Of a DNA stretch of 56,495 nt, positions 17,828 through 28,195 are shown one piece after another (position 1 is the first letter of the stretch; each line of letters starts with the position of its first letter). The DNA is from an uncultured Actinomycetota bacterium (lineage in GTDB: Bacteria; Actinomycetota; Humimicrobiia; Humimicrobiales; Humimicrobiaceae). A program made the position numbers and the translations under genes. The stretch covers positions 1 to 56,495 of the forward strand of contig CAYMPQ010000002.1 in NCBI GenBank assembly GCA_964392345.1, given 5' to 3'. The notes under the pieces were generated by a model that was not told the origin of the DNA, searched no databases, and worked only from the letters and a program-made list of their open reading frames with translations.

Positions 17828-20005
17828 TTGGAATTAAGCAAATATTTAAATCCCCAGCAAATTAAGGCTGTTAAAAATACAGAAAATCCACTTCTTGTTA
17901 TTGCAGGTGCAGGCAGCGGGAAAACCAGAGTGCTAACTTACAGGATAGCTTATCTTGTAAACGAGAAAAAAGTGGACCCTTTTGATATTCTTGCCATTAC
18001 TTTTACAAATAAAGCTGCCAACGAAATGAAAAGGAGAGTAATAGACCTGGTTGGAAAGGTAGGCGAGATGATGTGGGTCAGCACTTTTCATTCATTTTGT
18101 GCAAGAATATTAAGGCATGAAATTAACCATTTAGGCATGTCGCGAAATTTTGTTATTTATGATTCCAATGATCAGTTAAGCCTTATAACAAAATGTCTGA
18201 AGGAGCTGGATCTGGACAGCAAGCGTTTCACTCCGAAAGTAATCCAGGCAGTAATCAGTGATGCTAAAAATAGACTAATGGATTATGAATCTTTTTCAAA
18301 AAAAGCCAAAGAATATTTTGAAAAGATAGTGGCCCAGGTTTATCCTCTGTATCAGGAAAAATTATTTAAAGCCAATGCTCTTGATTTTGACGATCTTTTA
18401 ATGTTTACAGTCAATCTTTTTAAGTTGTTCCCGAATGTCAGGGAAAAGTATCAGAATAAATTTAAGTATATTTTAGTAGATGAATTCCAGGATACAAATA
18501 TTGCTCAAAATGAGATTATTTTAATTTTATCTGAACAACACAAAAATATTTGTGTTGTTGGAGATGATGACCAGAGCATATATAGCTGGAGAGGTGCTGA
18601 GATTAAAAATATAATAAATTTTGATAAAAAATTTAATAAAGTTGGTGTTATAAAACTTGAGCAGAACTATCGTTCTACACAAAATATCCTTGATGCTGCT
18701 AATTTTCTTATCAGCAATAATGAAAGCAGAAAACAAAAGAAGTTGTGGACCGACAATCCTAAGGGAGAGTTAGTTTCTAAATACATAGCTTCTGATGAAA
18801 GAGATGAGATAAGATTTTTAGTGCAAAAGGTAAAAAAGATTATGGAAGACAAAAAAAAGAAATACAAAGATTTTGCTATTTTTTATAGAACCAATGCCCA
18901 ATCAAGAGTGGTGGAGGAATTTCTAATAAGGGAAAACATCCCTTATAAAATAGTTGGAGGTCTGCGTTTCTACGACAGAAAAGAGATAAAAGATATGCTG
19001 GCATACCTGAAACTAATCTCTAATCCTAAAGATGTAGTAAGCTTGACGAGAATTGTAAATGTGCCAAGAAGAAAAATTGGCAAAAAAACCATATCTGTAA
19101 TAGAAAGATTTGCACAGAAAAATAGAATTACATTTTGTGAAGCTTTCTATAGATGCGAAGAAATCCCTGCACTTGGCGATAAGGCAAAGAAAAGAGTAAG
19201 GGAGTTTACGGATATGATTTCTGCATTTAGAAACTACGCCTTAGAGTATGGAGTGGACGAGGTGCTAAAATATGTATATGAAAAAACAAGTTATATGAGA
19301 GAGCTCAGGCTGGAGAATACGATAGAAGCTATGAACAGAATTGAGAATTTAAAAGAGTTGCTGACTGTGACCAGGGAATATGAGTATGAAACATTTTTAA
19401 ACGAAGATTCTGATAGCGACAGCTTAACTAAGTTAGATGGATTTTTAGAGGAAGTGGCGCTTATAGCTGATATCGATGCTTACAATGAATCTACAGACGG
19501 ACTTATTCTTATGACTCTTCATAATGCTAAAGGGCTGGAATTTCCAGTTGTGTTTATGATAGGCATGGAAGAAAGAATATTCCCGCATTCAAGGAGCATG
19601 AACAGTATGGAAGGATTAGAGGAAGAAAGAAGACTTTGTTATGTGGGTATCACAAGAGCCAAAGAAAAGGTATTTCTAACTTCAGCATTATCCAGAAGCA
19701 TATATGGTGATACAAAATGCATGCCTGTTTCAAGGTTTATAAAAGAGATCCCGGATGGGCTGCTTCTGGATGAGAATAAGATTGAAAGTGAAAAACAAGG
19801 TAAAAAAGGCTATCCGGCTGTTAAAAAAGCACGCAAAGAAGTCAAATTGTACAGTAAAGGAGATTTAATAGAACATAAGATGTGGGGGCGCGGAAAGGTT
19901 ATAAAAGTAAAAAAACTAAATGATGACTGCGAGCTGGATGTTATTTTTGACAGCAGGGGCCTTAAGCACTTACTTGTTAGCTTTGCTCCTATTAAGAAAA
20001 TATAA
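17828..20005 (+). CDS. pcrA: ATP-dependent DNA helicase PcrA/UvrD
   Basis: LNPQQIKAV, AGAGSGKTRVLT, VDEFQDTN, YRS, TLHNAKGLEF, RRLCYVGITRAKE. Confidence 0.9.
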   Translation: MELSKYLNPQQIKAVKNTENPLLVIAGAGSGKTRVLTYRIAYLVNEKKVDPFDILAITFTNKAANEMKRRVIDLVGKVGEMMWVSTFHSFCARILRHEINHLGMSRNFVIYDSNDQLSLITKCLKELDLDSKRFTPKVIQAVISDAKNRLMDYESFSKKAKEYFEKIVAQVYPLYQEKLFKANALDFDDLLMFTVNLFKLFPNVREKYQNKFKYILVDEFQDTNIAQNEIILILSEQHKNICVVGDDDQSIYSWRGAEIKNIINFDKKFNKVGVIKLEQNYRSTQNILDAANFLISNNESRKQKKLWTDNPKGELVSKYIASDERDEIRFLVQKVKKIMEDKKKKYKDFAIFYRTNAQSRVVEEFLIRENIPYKIVGGLRFYDRKEIKDMLAYLKLISNPKDVVSLTRIVNVPRRKIGKKTISVIERFAQKNRITFCEAFYRCEEIPALGDKAKKRVREFTDMISAFRNYALEYGVDEVLKYVYEKTSYMRELRLENTIEAMNRIENLKELLTVTREYEYETFLNEDSDSDSLTKLDGFLEEVALIADIDAYNESTDGLILMTLHNAKGLEFPVVFMIGMEERIFPHSRSMNSMEGLEEERRLCYVGITRAKEKVFLTSALSRSIYGDTKCMPVSRFIKEIPDGLLLDENKIESEKQGKKGYPAVKKARKEVKLYSKGDLIEHKMWGRGKVIKVKKLNDDCELDVIFDSRGLKHLLVSFAPIKKI

Positions 20006-20041
20006 CTGTTTTGAAAAAATAAGTACCAAAGAATTTAGGAG

Positions 20042-21160
20042 ATGATAAAAATGGACTCAAGGATAAAAAAATTAGCCCAAAATCTGGTGAATTGTTCATG
20101 TAAAATCAAAAAGGGGGAGAAAGTTTTAATTGATTGTGTTGGTAATACTGCATACCCGCTTGTGAAAGAACTTATAAAAGAAATATATAAGGTAAAAGGA
20201 GAGCCATTTATAACATTAAAAGATAACAGTATCTCAAGAGAGCTCTTAAAGGAATGCAGCACAGGTCAGTTGAAATTTATGGCTAAATATGAATTGGAGC
20301 GCATGAAAGGCATTGATGCTTATATAGGAGTTAGGGCAAGCGACAATGTAAGTGAAATGAGCGATATACCATCTGAAAAAATGTCTATTTATACAAAACA
20401 TTTTTCTAAGGTGGTTAGCGAAAGAGTTGATAATACCAAATGGGTAGCACTCAGATATCCCAATAATGCCATGGCCCAGCTTGCAAATTTAAGTCTGGAA
20501 GCATTTGAGGATTTTTATTTTGAGGTATGCAATCTGGATTATAATAAGATGTCAAAGGCTATGGATAATTTAGTAAAATTGATGGAAAGAACAGATAAAG
20601 TATATATAAAGGGTCCGGGCACTGACTTAACTTTTTCAATTAAGGGCATCCCTGCTATAAAATGTGCAGGAGAAAATAATATCCCGGATGGTGAAGTTTT
20701 TACAGCGCCAGTAAAAAAATCTTTAAATGGCCGGGTAACCTTTAATTGTCCAACCATTTTTGAAGGGGTTACCTATGAAAGCATAAGCCTTGTGTTTAAA
20801 AATGGAAAAATTATAAATGCTGCATCTAATAATACGGAAAGAATTAATAAAGTGCTTGATACTGATAGGGGAGCTAGATATACAGGAGAATTTTCCATAG
20901 GAGTCAACCCATTTATACTAAAGCCAATGAAGGATATATTATTTGATGAAAAAATAATGGGGAGCTTTCATCTTACTCCCGGTAAATGTTACAAGGAAGC
21001 ATCTAATGGTAATAAGTCTGGCATACACTGGGATATGGTATGCATACAAACACCAGAGTATGGTGGCGGGGAAATATACTTTGACGATGTCCTGATAAGG
21101 AAAGATGGACGGTTTGTCACAAGCGAATTGGAAGCCTTAAATCCTGAGAACCTAAAATAA
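20042..21160 (+). CDS. Aminopeptidase, M29 (AmpS/PepS) family
   Basis: 372 aa with the family-typical blocks IPDGEVFTAP, GEFSIGVNP and HWDMV. Confidence 0.75.
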   Translation: MIKMDSRIKKLAQNLVNCSCKIKKGEKVLIDCVGNTAYPLVKELIKEIYKVKGEPFITLKDNSISRELLKECSTGQLKFMAKYELERMKGIDAYIGVRASDNVSEMSDIPSEKMSIYTKHFSKVVSERVDNTKWVALRYPNNAMAQLANLSLEAFEDFYFEVCNLDYNKMSKAMDNLVKLMERTDKVYIKGPGTDLTFSIKGIPAIKCAGENNIPDGEVFTAPVKKSLNGRVTFNCPTIFEGVTYESISLVFKNGKIINAASNNTERINKVLDTDRGARYTGEFSIGVNPFILKPMKDILFDEKIMGSFHLTPGKCYKEASNGNKSGIHWDMVCIQTPEYGGGEIYFDDVLIRKDGRFVTSELEALNPENLK

Positions 21161-21175
21161 AAGTATGGATTACTT

Positions 21176-21448
21176 TTATTCCAAAAAGCCAAGAAGTTTA
21201 TTTATCTCACCCTTATCTCCAGTAGTTAGTGTGGTAATCATAACTGCTGGTCCATTTTCTCTTGCTTTTTTGTAAGCCTTATATATGGCATTGTAAAGTT
21301 TCTCTTCATCATTATCCCATGATATAGTGCTAAGCGGAGTAATTTTGTAATTTATATTTTCACTTTTTAAAACTTCCCAAAAAGTGTTAAGTGGCTTTTC
21401 AATATCTTTTTCCCCAATAGGATAAAAGCTTACCTGTATTGCAATCAT
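21176..21448 (-). CDS. MTH1187/YkoF-fold thiamine-binding protein
   Basis: 90 aa, MIAIQVSFYPIG..., in the UPF0045/DUF77 size class. It is the last gene of the riboswitch-controlled thi transport operon. Confidence 0.6.
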   Translation of the reverse strand: MIAIQVSFYPIGEKDIEKPLNTFWEVLKSENINYKITPLSTISWDNDEEKLYNAIYKAYKKARENGPAVMITTLTTGDKGEINKLLGFLE

Positions 21449-21530
21449 CTTCTCCCTTTCTTCTTATTTTAATATATTCCATAGTTTCAAGTTAAGAGTT
21501 ATGTTGATAAAATAGCATTATGCCGGAACA

Positions 21531-22349
21531 TCACCTTAAGCTCCTATAGCCCCAGTTTAAAATATTAAATTTTATTAACAATGCAAATATGATTATACTA
21601 AGTGCTGTGAATAAAATTGTATACATTATATCTATTTTTCTTACCCTGACATCACGAAAATAAGTTCTTTTTGGATAAGCACAGAAACATTTACTGCTCA
21701 TAGCAATAGCAACTCTTTGAGCCTTTCTTGCAGCTATTACCATAAGCGGCACTGCATATTTTTTAAATCTTTTGATTTTAGCAATAACCCCGCTTTTTTC
21801 TTTTGCTCCTCTTATTTTATGAGCATCATAAATATTTTGGTATTCTGTGCTCAGGAGAGGAATAAATCTATACCCAACAAGTGTGCTGTATCCAATCTTT
21901 GGGTTTAGTCTGAGCTGAACAATAAGGCTCAGGATGAAATCGGTAGGATCTGTTGTCGCAACAAAAAGAATAGAATAAAGCAGGAAGCAGGATATCCTGA
22001 ATCCGATAGTAAGACCAAACTTAATACTGCCTGTAGTAATTTGGATTGTTTTCCAGCTCAAGATTATATTAGAAACTTCTTCCAAAGCGGTGTTATAGGA
22101 GATTATGCTGGTAACTGTAATGCCGGCCAGTATAAAACTTAATGGAAGAATCATTTTAAAAATTTGTTTGACCGGTATCTTTCCAAGCAGAGTTATCTGG
22201 ATAATTGCTAAAATGGAAAATATAAAAGGCGTATAGGGATCATAAGCGAATGTGATAGTAAAAACTAAAATTATAATTAAAATTAACTTTATTGATGGGT
22301 TTATTCTGTGAAGAACAGAATCTCTTTCAAAATATTCAAAGAATTGCAT
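21531..22349 (-). CDS. ykoC: ECF transporter transmembrane (T) component
   Basis: Polytopic 272 aa with a CbiQ/EcfT-like AHKIRG...AR..A region. It overlaps the upstream ATPase gene. Confidence 0.75.
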   Translation of the reverse strand: MQFFEYFERDSVLHRINPSIKLILIIILVFTITFAYDPYTPFIFSILAIIQITLLGKIPVKQIFKMILPLSFILAGITVTSIISYNTALEEVSNIILSWKTIQITTGSIKFGLTIGFRISCFLLYSILFVATTDPTDFILSLIVQLRLNPKIGYSTLVGYRFIPLLSTEYQNIYDAHKIRGAKEKSGVIAKIKRFKKYAVPLMVIAARKAQRVAIAMSSKCFCAYPKRTYFRDVRVRKIDIMYTILFTALSIIIFALLIKFNILNWGYRSLR

Positions 22350-24057
22350 AGCTGCTCACCTCGCTATACAGTTCATAAAGTAAAGGCACGCCAAGGTCAG
22401 AAGATTTGATAATTTCTTTTTCGTTTAAAAATTTGCGTGTACTGCCAGAAAAAGCTAAGTTTCCATTTTTAAGGACAAGTAAATTACGGGTATATTTGAA
22501 AATTATGTTCATGTCATGAGTAATAATTATTACAGTTGTGCCTTTTTTGTTTAGCCTAACCAGCAGGTTCATTAAATTGGTTGTTGTGATGTAGTCCAGC
22601 CCGAAAGTAGGTTCATCTAAAATTACTATTTCATGGTCCATAACAAGGATTGATGCAACACTTAATTTTCTTTTCTGACCCTGGCTTAAATTAAACGGAT
22701 TTGTGTCTTTTAACTTTTCCAGACCCATAATTTTTAGCATTTCATCAGTTTTTTTACTGATACTTAAAGCATCGCAGCCTCTGGCTTTAAGTCCATATGC
22801 TATTTCCCTGTATACAGAATCTTCCACAAATTGATGCTCCGGGTTTTGGAAGACAAATCCTATAAGTTCCAATATCTCATCTTTTTTAGCTGCTCTGTAC
22901 TCAAAAGAATGCGGGTTGTAAATAGTTATTTTTGATGGCAGCTTTGTCGGGTAAAGACTTATGATTAATTTGGCAAGAGTAGTTTTCCCTGAGCCATTAT
23001 TACCGACAATTCCTAAGAAATCACCTTTATTTACTGTAAAATTAATATTTTCAAGTGCGTATTTATTGGACTTCCTGAATTTGTGGCACAAATTTTCAAC
23101 TTTGACAATGCATTGGTCAGGATTGCAAGAACCTTTGTAGCTGCCTGCTGGCCTGCATATATCCTTGCTTATTTCCTGCTTTAAAACAGCAAATGACTGT
23201 TGCCTGATGTTAGTGTTTTTTTCAAAAGCTTTTTTAGCTTCCTCTTTATTTAATGGAAAATTGTCTAATTTTATACCGCTTTTATAAAGCTTATAAATAT
23301 ATTTTGATATTTGGGGGATCCATACGCCCATTTTTTTTATCTGCTGCTGGTAATTTAAAAAAAATTCCTTTGTATAGTCAAAAGCAACTACTCTTCCTCT
23401 GTTGTCTATCAACAAAATCCTGTCAAAGATATCTATAAATTCATCTAATTTGTGTTCAATTATAATTAAAGTTTTATCTTTTGGTAATTTTGTTATAATC
23501 TCTGATACTTCTCTTGTCCCTTTTGGGTCCAGATTAGATGTTGGTTCGTCAAAAATCAGTATTTCCTGATCCATTGCAAGGAGCGAAGCCAGGGATACCC
23601 TTTGCTTCATTCCGCCTGAGAGCCTGTTTAACATCCATTCGTAGTAAGGAAGCAGATCTACTTTCTCAAGTGAGCTTTTTATTTTTTCCTCCATATTCTT
23701 TCTTGCAATCATAAGGTTTTCCAGGCCAAAAGCTATTTCATCTTTTACGGTTAGCATGCAAAACTGGCTTTCAGGATCCTGGAAAACAATGCCTATATGC
23801 TGTGAGAGGCTGGATATTGGAGTATCTGCGGCACTCATGCCTTTAACCAATATTGTGCCTTCTACTTTTCCCTTAATGAGCTGTGGAATTATGCCATTCA
23901 GACAAAGAGTGAGAGTGCTTTTACCGCATCCAGAAGGGCCCAGTACCAGGATCCTTTCGCCCTTGTTTATCTTCAATGTGATGTTTTTTAGTATTTTATT
24001 TTTTCCATCATATGAAAAGGAAAAATTTGTAAGCTTTATTATTCCGCTGTTAGCCAT
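22336..24057 (-). CDS. ykoD: ECF transporter duplicated ATPase (two ABC domains)
   Basis: Two Walker A motifs (GPSGCGKST, GNNGSGKTT), two LSGG/LSQGQ signatures and two Walker B motifs (ILIFDEPTS, IVILDEPTF). Confidence 0.85.
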   Translation of the reverse strand: MANSGIIKLTNFSFSYDGKNKILKNITLKINKGERILVLGPSGCGKSTLTLCLNGIIPQLIKGKVEGTILVKGMSAADTPISSLSQHIGIVFQDPESQFCMLTVKDEIAFGLENLMIARKNMEEKIKSSLEKVDLLPYYEWMLNRLSGGMKQRVSLASLLAMDQEILIFDEPTSNLDPKGTREVSEIITKLPKDKTLIIIEHKLDEFIDIFDRILLIDNRGRVVAFDYTKEFFLNYQQQIKKMGVWIPQISKYIYKLYKSGIKLDNFPLNKEEAKKAFEKNTNIRQQSFAVLKQEISKDICRPAGSYKGSCNPDQCIVKVENLCHKFRKSNKYALENINFTVNKGDFLGIVGNNGSGKTTLAKLIISLYPTKLPSKITIYNPHSFEYRAAKKDEILELIGFVFQNPEHQFVEDSVYREIAYGLKARGCDALSISKKTDEMLKIMGLEKLKDTNPFNLSQGQKRKLSVASILVMDHEIVILDEPTFGLDYITTTNLMNLLVRLNKKGTTVIIITHDMNIIFKYTRNLLVLKNGNLAFSGSTRKFLNEKEIIKSSDLGVPLLYELYSEVSSYAIL

Positions 24058-24112
24058 TTAATTCTGAGTAGCTCCTTGCAATTATTATTAAGTTTATAAT
24101 ATTTCCAAATAT

Positions 24113-24706
24113 TTAGCTGATACCTTTTCCTATTTTAAAATTCCGCAGGACTCCTGTTTTTGCTACACTGTCAGTTAAGGATTTTCCTAAAATTCCACCA
24201 ACAACTGCTCCGCTTATGATTCTTACAGCAAGCATTCCTAATATTATTGGTATCTTGTATTGCAGGTATGCTTCAGTTACTGCTTCTGGAAAGAAAAAGC
24301 TAACTATTGCTGTTACCGCACCTGCCAGTGCCACAGAAAAATAAGTAAATCTTTTCCATCTGAATCCTGCAAATACTGCCTCTGTTGCAATACCCTGCAT
24401 AATGCCAGATACCAGTACCCATACTCCCCAGATACTGCCAAGAAGCATTGATATAATGGCGGCTATGAATTCTCCGAGGAATGCTGCTCCTGGCTTTTGT
24501 ACAATATAGGAAGCTACAATCCCAGCAATAAACCAGAATCCTGTGAATGCCTGGATTGTTATTGGAGAGGCACTGATAAAGGGAAAAAGGAATGCAAAGA
24601 GTTGATTATATCCCCAGTAAAGTATACTGAATACTACTCCAACTACTGCAACCATAACCATGTCCAGCATATTCCAGCTGTATTGCTTCTTTAGTTCTTT
24701 TTCCAT
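24113..24706 (-). CDS. ykoE: ECF transporter substrate-specific (S) component, YkoE-like (HMP/thiamine)
   Basis: A 197-aa membrane protein with six predicted helices, lying between thiN and the ECF ATPase under a TPP riboswitch. Confidence 0.65.
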   Translation of the reverse strand: MEKELKKQYSWNMLDMVMVAVVGVVFSILYWGYNQLFAFLFPFISASPITIQAFTGFWFIAGIVASYIVQKPGAAFLGEFIAAIISMLLGSIWGVWVLVSGIMQGIATEAVFAGFRWKRFTYFSVALAGAVTAIVSFFFPEAVTEAYLQYKIPIILGMLAVRIISGAVVGGILGKSLTDSVAKTGVLRNFKIGKGIS

Positions 24707-24768
24707 TTTTTACTCTCCTTTTTCATGTTTACTAAAAATTAATATACCAAATAATTTACTTGCCTGTT

Positions 24769-25443
24769 CTACAGCTGCTTTATTATCAGCAACATCCCTT
24801 TGCTAATTTTAATTTCTGCTTTGTCTTCAGTAAAAATATTGCTCAAGCCCCTCACAGGGCTGAAAAGTAATTTTTCATTTTTGAGCCTGTATTTTAATCC
24901 GCTTGTTTCTATAAAAGATGTATATGGAGTTAAAGAAAAAATAGAAATTAATTTTCCAATTTGTCCCTTGATAACACATGAATTTTTAACTACAAATATT
25001 TCACTGTTGTCAGTTAAGATTTTTATATCTACATCTTCCGGGAAAGGAGATGAGAGCAGAATTAAATTTGCGAAACTATGGTCCAGCCTGTCCCCTGTGG
25101 CTCCAGCTATAATTATTTTTTTTGCACCAGCATTTACTGCATACTCAACAGCCAGCCTTGTGTCACTTTCATCTTTTTCACAAGGAGTCTGCATATATTT
25201 TATATTATTTGATTTTAAGTCAAGCTTTTCCCTGACTTCATTTTTTATGCTGTCCATGTCACCTATTACTATATTTGGGACCAGGCCCATTTTCAGGCAA
25301 TTGGCAGCTCCGCCGTCGGCTGCTATTATAGTATTATCAGAGCTAAATCCGTAGTCTGCGGTTATTTTTTTGTATGTGTATGAAGGATTTTTTATGCAAC
25401 CATTTGAGACTACAATTGCTTTTTTATTTTTTATTATATTCAT
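24769..25443 (-). CDS. thiN: Thiamine pyrophosphokinase
   Basis: IAADGGA, VIGDMDS, GATGDRLDHSFANL. It is the first gene after the TPP riboswitch. Confidence 0.85.
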   Translation of the reverse strand: MNIIKNKKAIVVSNGCIKNPSYTYKKITADYGFSSDNTIIAADGGAANCLKMGLVPNIVIGDMDSIKNEVREKLDLKSNNIKYMQTPCEKDESDTRLAVEYAVNAGAKKIIIAGATGDRLDHSFANLILLSSPFPEDVDIKILTDNSEIFVVKNSCVIKGQIGKLISIFSLTPYTSFIETSGLKYRLKNEKLLFSPVRGLSNIFTEDKAEIKISKGMLLIIKQL

Positions 25444-25454
25444 ATATCTCTCCT

Positions 25455-25600
25455 AAAAATAAAAAACTACCAACCAGGGTAATGATTAGTAGCTTTTGTA
25501 GTATCAATAATTTTTCCTACGCTAGAATTACCTAGGTCAGGTTCAAAGGGTCGACAGCTAATATGGCTGCCCTCTCAGCTTGATAAGCTCCCCTAAGTTT
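25455..25600 (-). promoter_or_regulatory. TPP (THI-box) riboswitch with a terminator expression platform
   Basis: The reverse strand reads GGGGAGC...CUGAGAGGGC...ACCCUUUGAACCUGACCUAGGUAAUUCUAGCGUAGGAAA (aptamer at about 25513-25593). It is followed by the hairpin CUACUAAUCA-UUACCC-UGGUUGGUAG and U6AU5 (25455-25492), abutting the thiN RBS. Confidence 0.9.
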
Positions 25601-25744
25601 TTGTTAGTATTTAATTTTCAAAGAAATTCTTCTATAATATAGTAGAATTTTTATGCAAGGAACTTTACTGCCTAAAATTTATATTAGGCAAAAAGTACCT
25701 GAATGCATAATAGCATAGTAAAAATGAATTATCAATAAGTCAGG

Positions 25745-26800
25745 GTGGTGGCGAAAAAGATGGAACTTGTAGAAAGAAAAAGGAAAATATTAAATAGAGT
25801 AGTCGTACAATTTATAGAAAAAGCGGAGCCTGTTTCTTCACAAGAAGTTTCTAAAAATTTAGATTTAGAATTAAGTTCCGCAACAATTCGAAAAGAAATG
25901 GCAGATCTTGAAGAGCTGGGCTATTTAGCTCATCCCCATACTTCTGCCGGTAAAGTACCAACGGACAAAGGGTATAGGTATTATGTTGACAATCTTGCTC
26001 ATGGAAAGTCAAATCTCAGCATTAAAGCTAAAAAAGATATTCCATCTATTAAATTAGTGATAAATGAGAACATGGAGATAGAGGCGATCTTCCAGAAGGC
26101 TTCTGAGTTGCTTTCAAGAGTTACAAATTACTTATCCATGGTGGTGGCACCTACTATTTATCAGAGCAAATTAAGGCATATTGAGCTGTTGAAATTTCAG
26201 GAAGATAATTTGCTTTTAATTTTGATTACAGATACGGGAAGAGTCTACAAAAAGAAATTTGCTGCAGACAGCAATTATAATAATTTAGACCTGCAAAGAG
26301 TGGCAAATATATTAAACTTGCAGCTTAGAGAAAAAAACATAAAAGACATTGATGCAGACAGCGTTAAAATTCCAGAAAACGATGCTTATTTAGTACTGCT
26401 GGTAAATAAGGTAATAAGATTGATAAAAAGCTGGGAAGAGGACAGTTTTGCCTATAACAGGTTTTTTATTTATGGAGCTTATGAAGTTCTACAACAGCCG
26501 GAGTTTATAGATTTAAAAAAGATTCACGGTGTTTTAAGTGTAATTAGAAATGAATATTTGCTTATGAGATTATTTATGAATCTCTCCCGGGAAAAAGAGG
26601 TTACTGTAAAAATTGGATCTGAGATATCAGAAGAGGGAACAGACGGTCTGAGCCTGGTTGCATCCAGATACAATGTCTGCAGTGATTCCACTGGCACTAT
26701 AGGTATTTTAGGTCCAAAGAGGATGGATTACAATAAAGTTATAAATGTTTTGAGTATTTTTAGCAGGGATCTATCTGGCATTTTAAGTTCCAGGGATTAG
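25745..26800 (+). CDS. hrcA: Heat-inducible transcription repressor HrcA
   Basis: N-terminal winged helix (RKRKILNRVVVQFIEKAEPVSSQEVS...SSATIRKEMADLEELGYL.HPHTSAGKVPTDKGYRYYVD). The true start may be the internal MELVERK. Confidence 0.9.
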   Translation: MVAKKMELVERKRKILNRVVVQFIEKAEPVSSQEVSKNLDLELSSATIRKEMADLEELGYLAHPHTSAGKVPTDKGYRYYVDNLAHGKSNLSIKAKKDIPSIKLVINENMEIEAIFQKASELLSRVTNYLSMVVAPTIYQSKLRHIELLKFQEDNLLLILITDTGRVYKKKFAADSNYNNLDLQRVANILNLQLREKNIKDIDADSVKIPENDAYLVLLVNKVIRLIKSWEEDSFAYNRFFIYGAYEVLQQPEFIDLKKIHGVLSVIRNEYLLMRLFMNLSREKEVTVKIGSEISEEGTDGLSLVASRYNVCSDSTGTIGILGPKRMDYNKVINVLSIFSRDLSGILSSRD

Positions 26801-26887
26801 AAGTTTAAAGGCGGAACTGGAAAAATTAATCAAAATAAGCTATTATTTCTTGAATTTTGTTATATTTTTTAGTTTTATTTTTTTGAG

Positions 26888-28036
26888 GTGATTATATTGG
26901 CTTCTGGTAAAAGAGACTATTATGAAGTTTTGGGAGTTTCAAGGGACAGCAGTCTAAGTGAGATAAAAAAAACATATAGAAAACTGGCTCGAAAGTATCA
27001 TCCTGATGTGAATAATGGCGATCAAAGTGCAGAAGAAAAATTCAAGGAAATTTCTGAAGCTTATGCTGTTTTGAGCAATGAAGAAAAAAGAAGACAGTAC
27101 GATCAATTTGGGTTCAGCAGGAATTTATTTGAAAATTTTGATCCAAATAGTGTATTTTCTGAGTTTGGTTTTGGTGATGTGTTTAATGCATTTTTTGGGA
27201 GCAGTTTTGGCGGAGGTTTCTCTGCAAGTCACAGGAGTGGAAGACAAAGCAGGGGCTCAGATATTAATATTGATATTACGTGCAGTTTTAAAGAATCTGC
27301 ATTTGGTGTAAAGAAAGAGGTAGAATATCTTGCAAATGATATCTGCGAAGTTTGCAGCGGCAAAGGAAGCGCAGATGAAAAGGAAATTGAAACTTGCAGC
27401 GTATGCAGGGGTACAGGACAGGTAAGAAGCACAAGGCAAACTTTTATTGGCAGCATAATAACAACATCTACATGTAAAAATTGCCAGGGGACAGGAAAAA
27501 TAATAAAAGATCCATGCAAAAAATGTGGGGGGAACGGTTATTATAGAAAAAAGAAAAGGGTAAAAGTAGATATTCCTGCTGGTATTCACGATGGAGACAG
27601 ACTCAGGGTTGTAGGAAAGGGAAATAGCAGCGGGATAGGCTCTACCAGTGGGGATCTTTTTATTACTGTAAGAGTAAAGCTCCTCCCCGGCTTCAAAAGA
27701 GTTGGAGATGATGTTGTATCCAGTATTGATATATCATTTGCCCAGGCTGCACTTGGCTGCAAGCTTGTGGTGGAGACGCTTGATGGTGAAGAGGAAGTAA
27801 TAATAAAGCCCGGGACTCAGGCTGGAACAAAAATAGTTCTCAAATCCAGAGGCATGGTACACCTTAATGGATACAGAAGAGGAGATCACATCATAGACGT
27901 AAATGTAAAGATTCCAACAAAACTTACTCATGAAGAAGTAGAACTTCTAAAAAGATTTGCTGAAGGAAGAGAAGAAATAGTGGGTGATGCAGCTGGCAGC
28001 TTCTTTTCAAATGTCAAAAATGCTTTTAAAAAATAA
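26888..28036 (+). CDS. dnaJ: Molecular chaperone DnaJ
   Basis: J domain (DYYEVLGV...[14 protein letters not shown]), a G/F region and four CxxCxGxG repeats. Confidence 0.95.
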   Translation: MIILASGKRDYYEVLGVSRDSSLSEIKKTYRKLARKYHPDVNNGDQSAEEKFKEISEAYAVLSNEEKRRQYDQFGFSRNLFENFDPNSVFSEFGFGDVFNAFFGSSFGGGFSASHRSGRQSRGSDINIDITCSFKESAFGVKKEVEYLANDICEVCSGKGSADEKEIETCSVCRGTGQVRSTRQTFIGSIITTSTCKNCQGTGKIIKDPCKKCGGNGYYRKKKRVKVDIPAGIHDGDRLRVVGKGNSSGIGSTSGDLFITVRVKLLPGFKRVGDDVVSSIDISFAQAALGCKLVVETLDGEEEVIIKPGTQAGTKIVLKSRGMVHLNGYRRGDHIIDVNVKIPTKLTHEEVELLKRFAEGREEIVGDAAGSFFSNVKNAFKK

Positions 28037-28195
28037 CAACTTGTTCTATTGGCAAATTCTTTTTTGCTGGAGCTTTATTTTTATTTTAAATCTAATTAAT
28101 TTTTAGAAAGCTGCATAATCTTATTACAAAAGTTTACCATCTTTTTTCTTATTAATAATTTATTTAAAAGAACAGGTAGTAAATATATAAGTAAA

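Noticed and set aside
25600-25744. Search for a second CIRCE operator upstream of hrcA
   Set aside because: No sequence approximating TTAGCACTC-N9-GAGTGCTAA is present. This is reported as an absence in the findings rather than as a feature.
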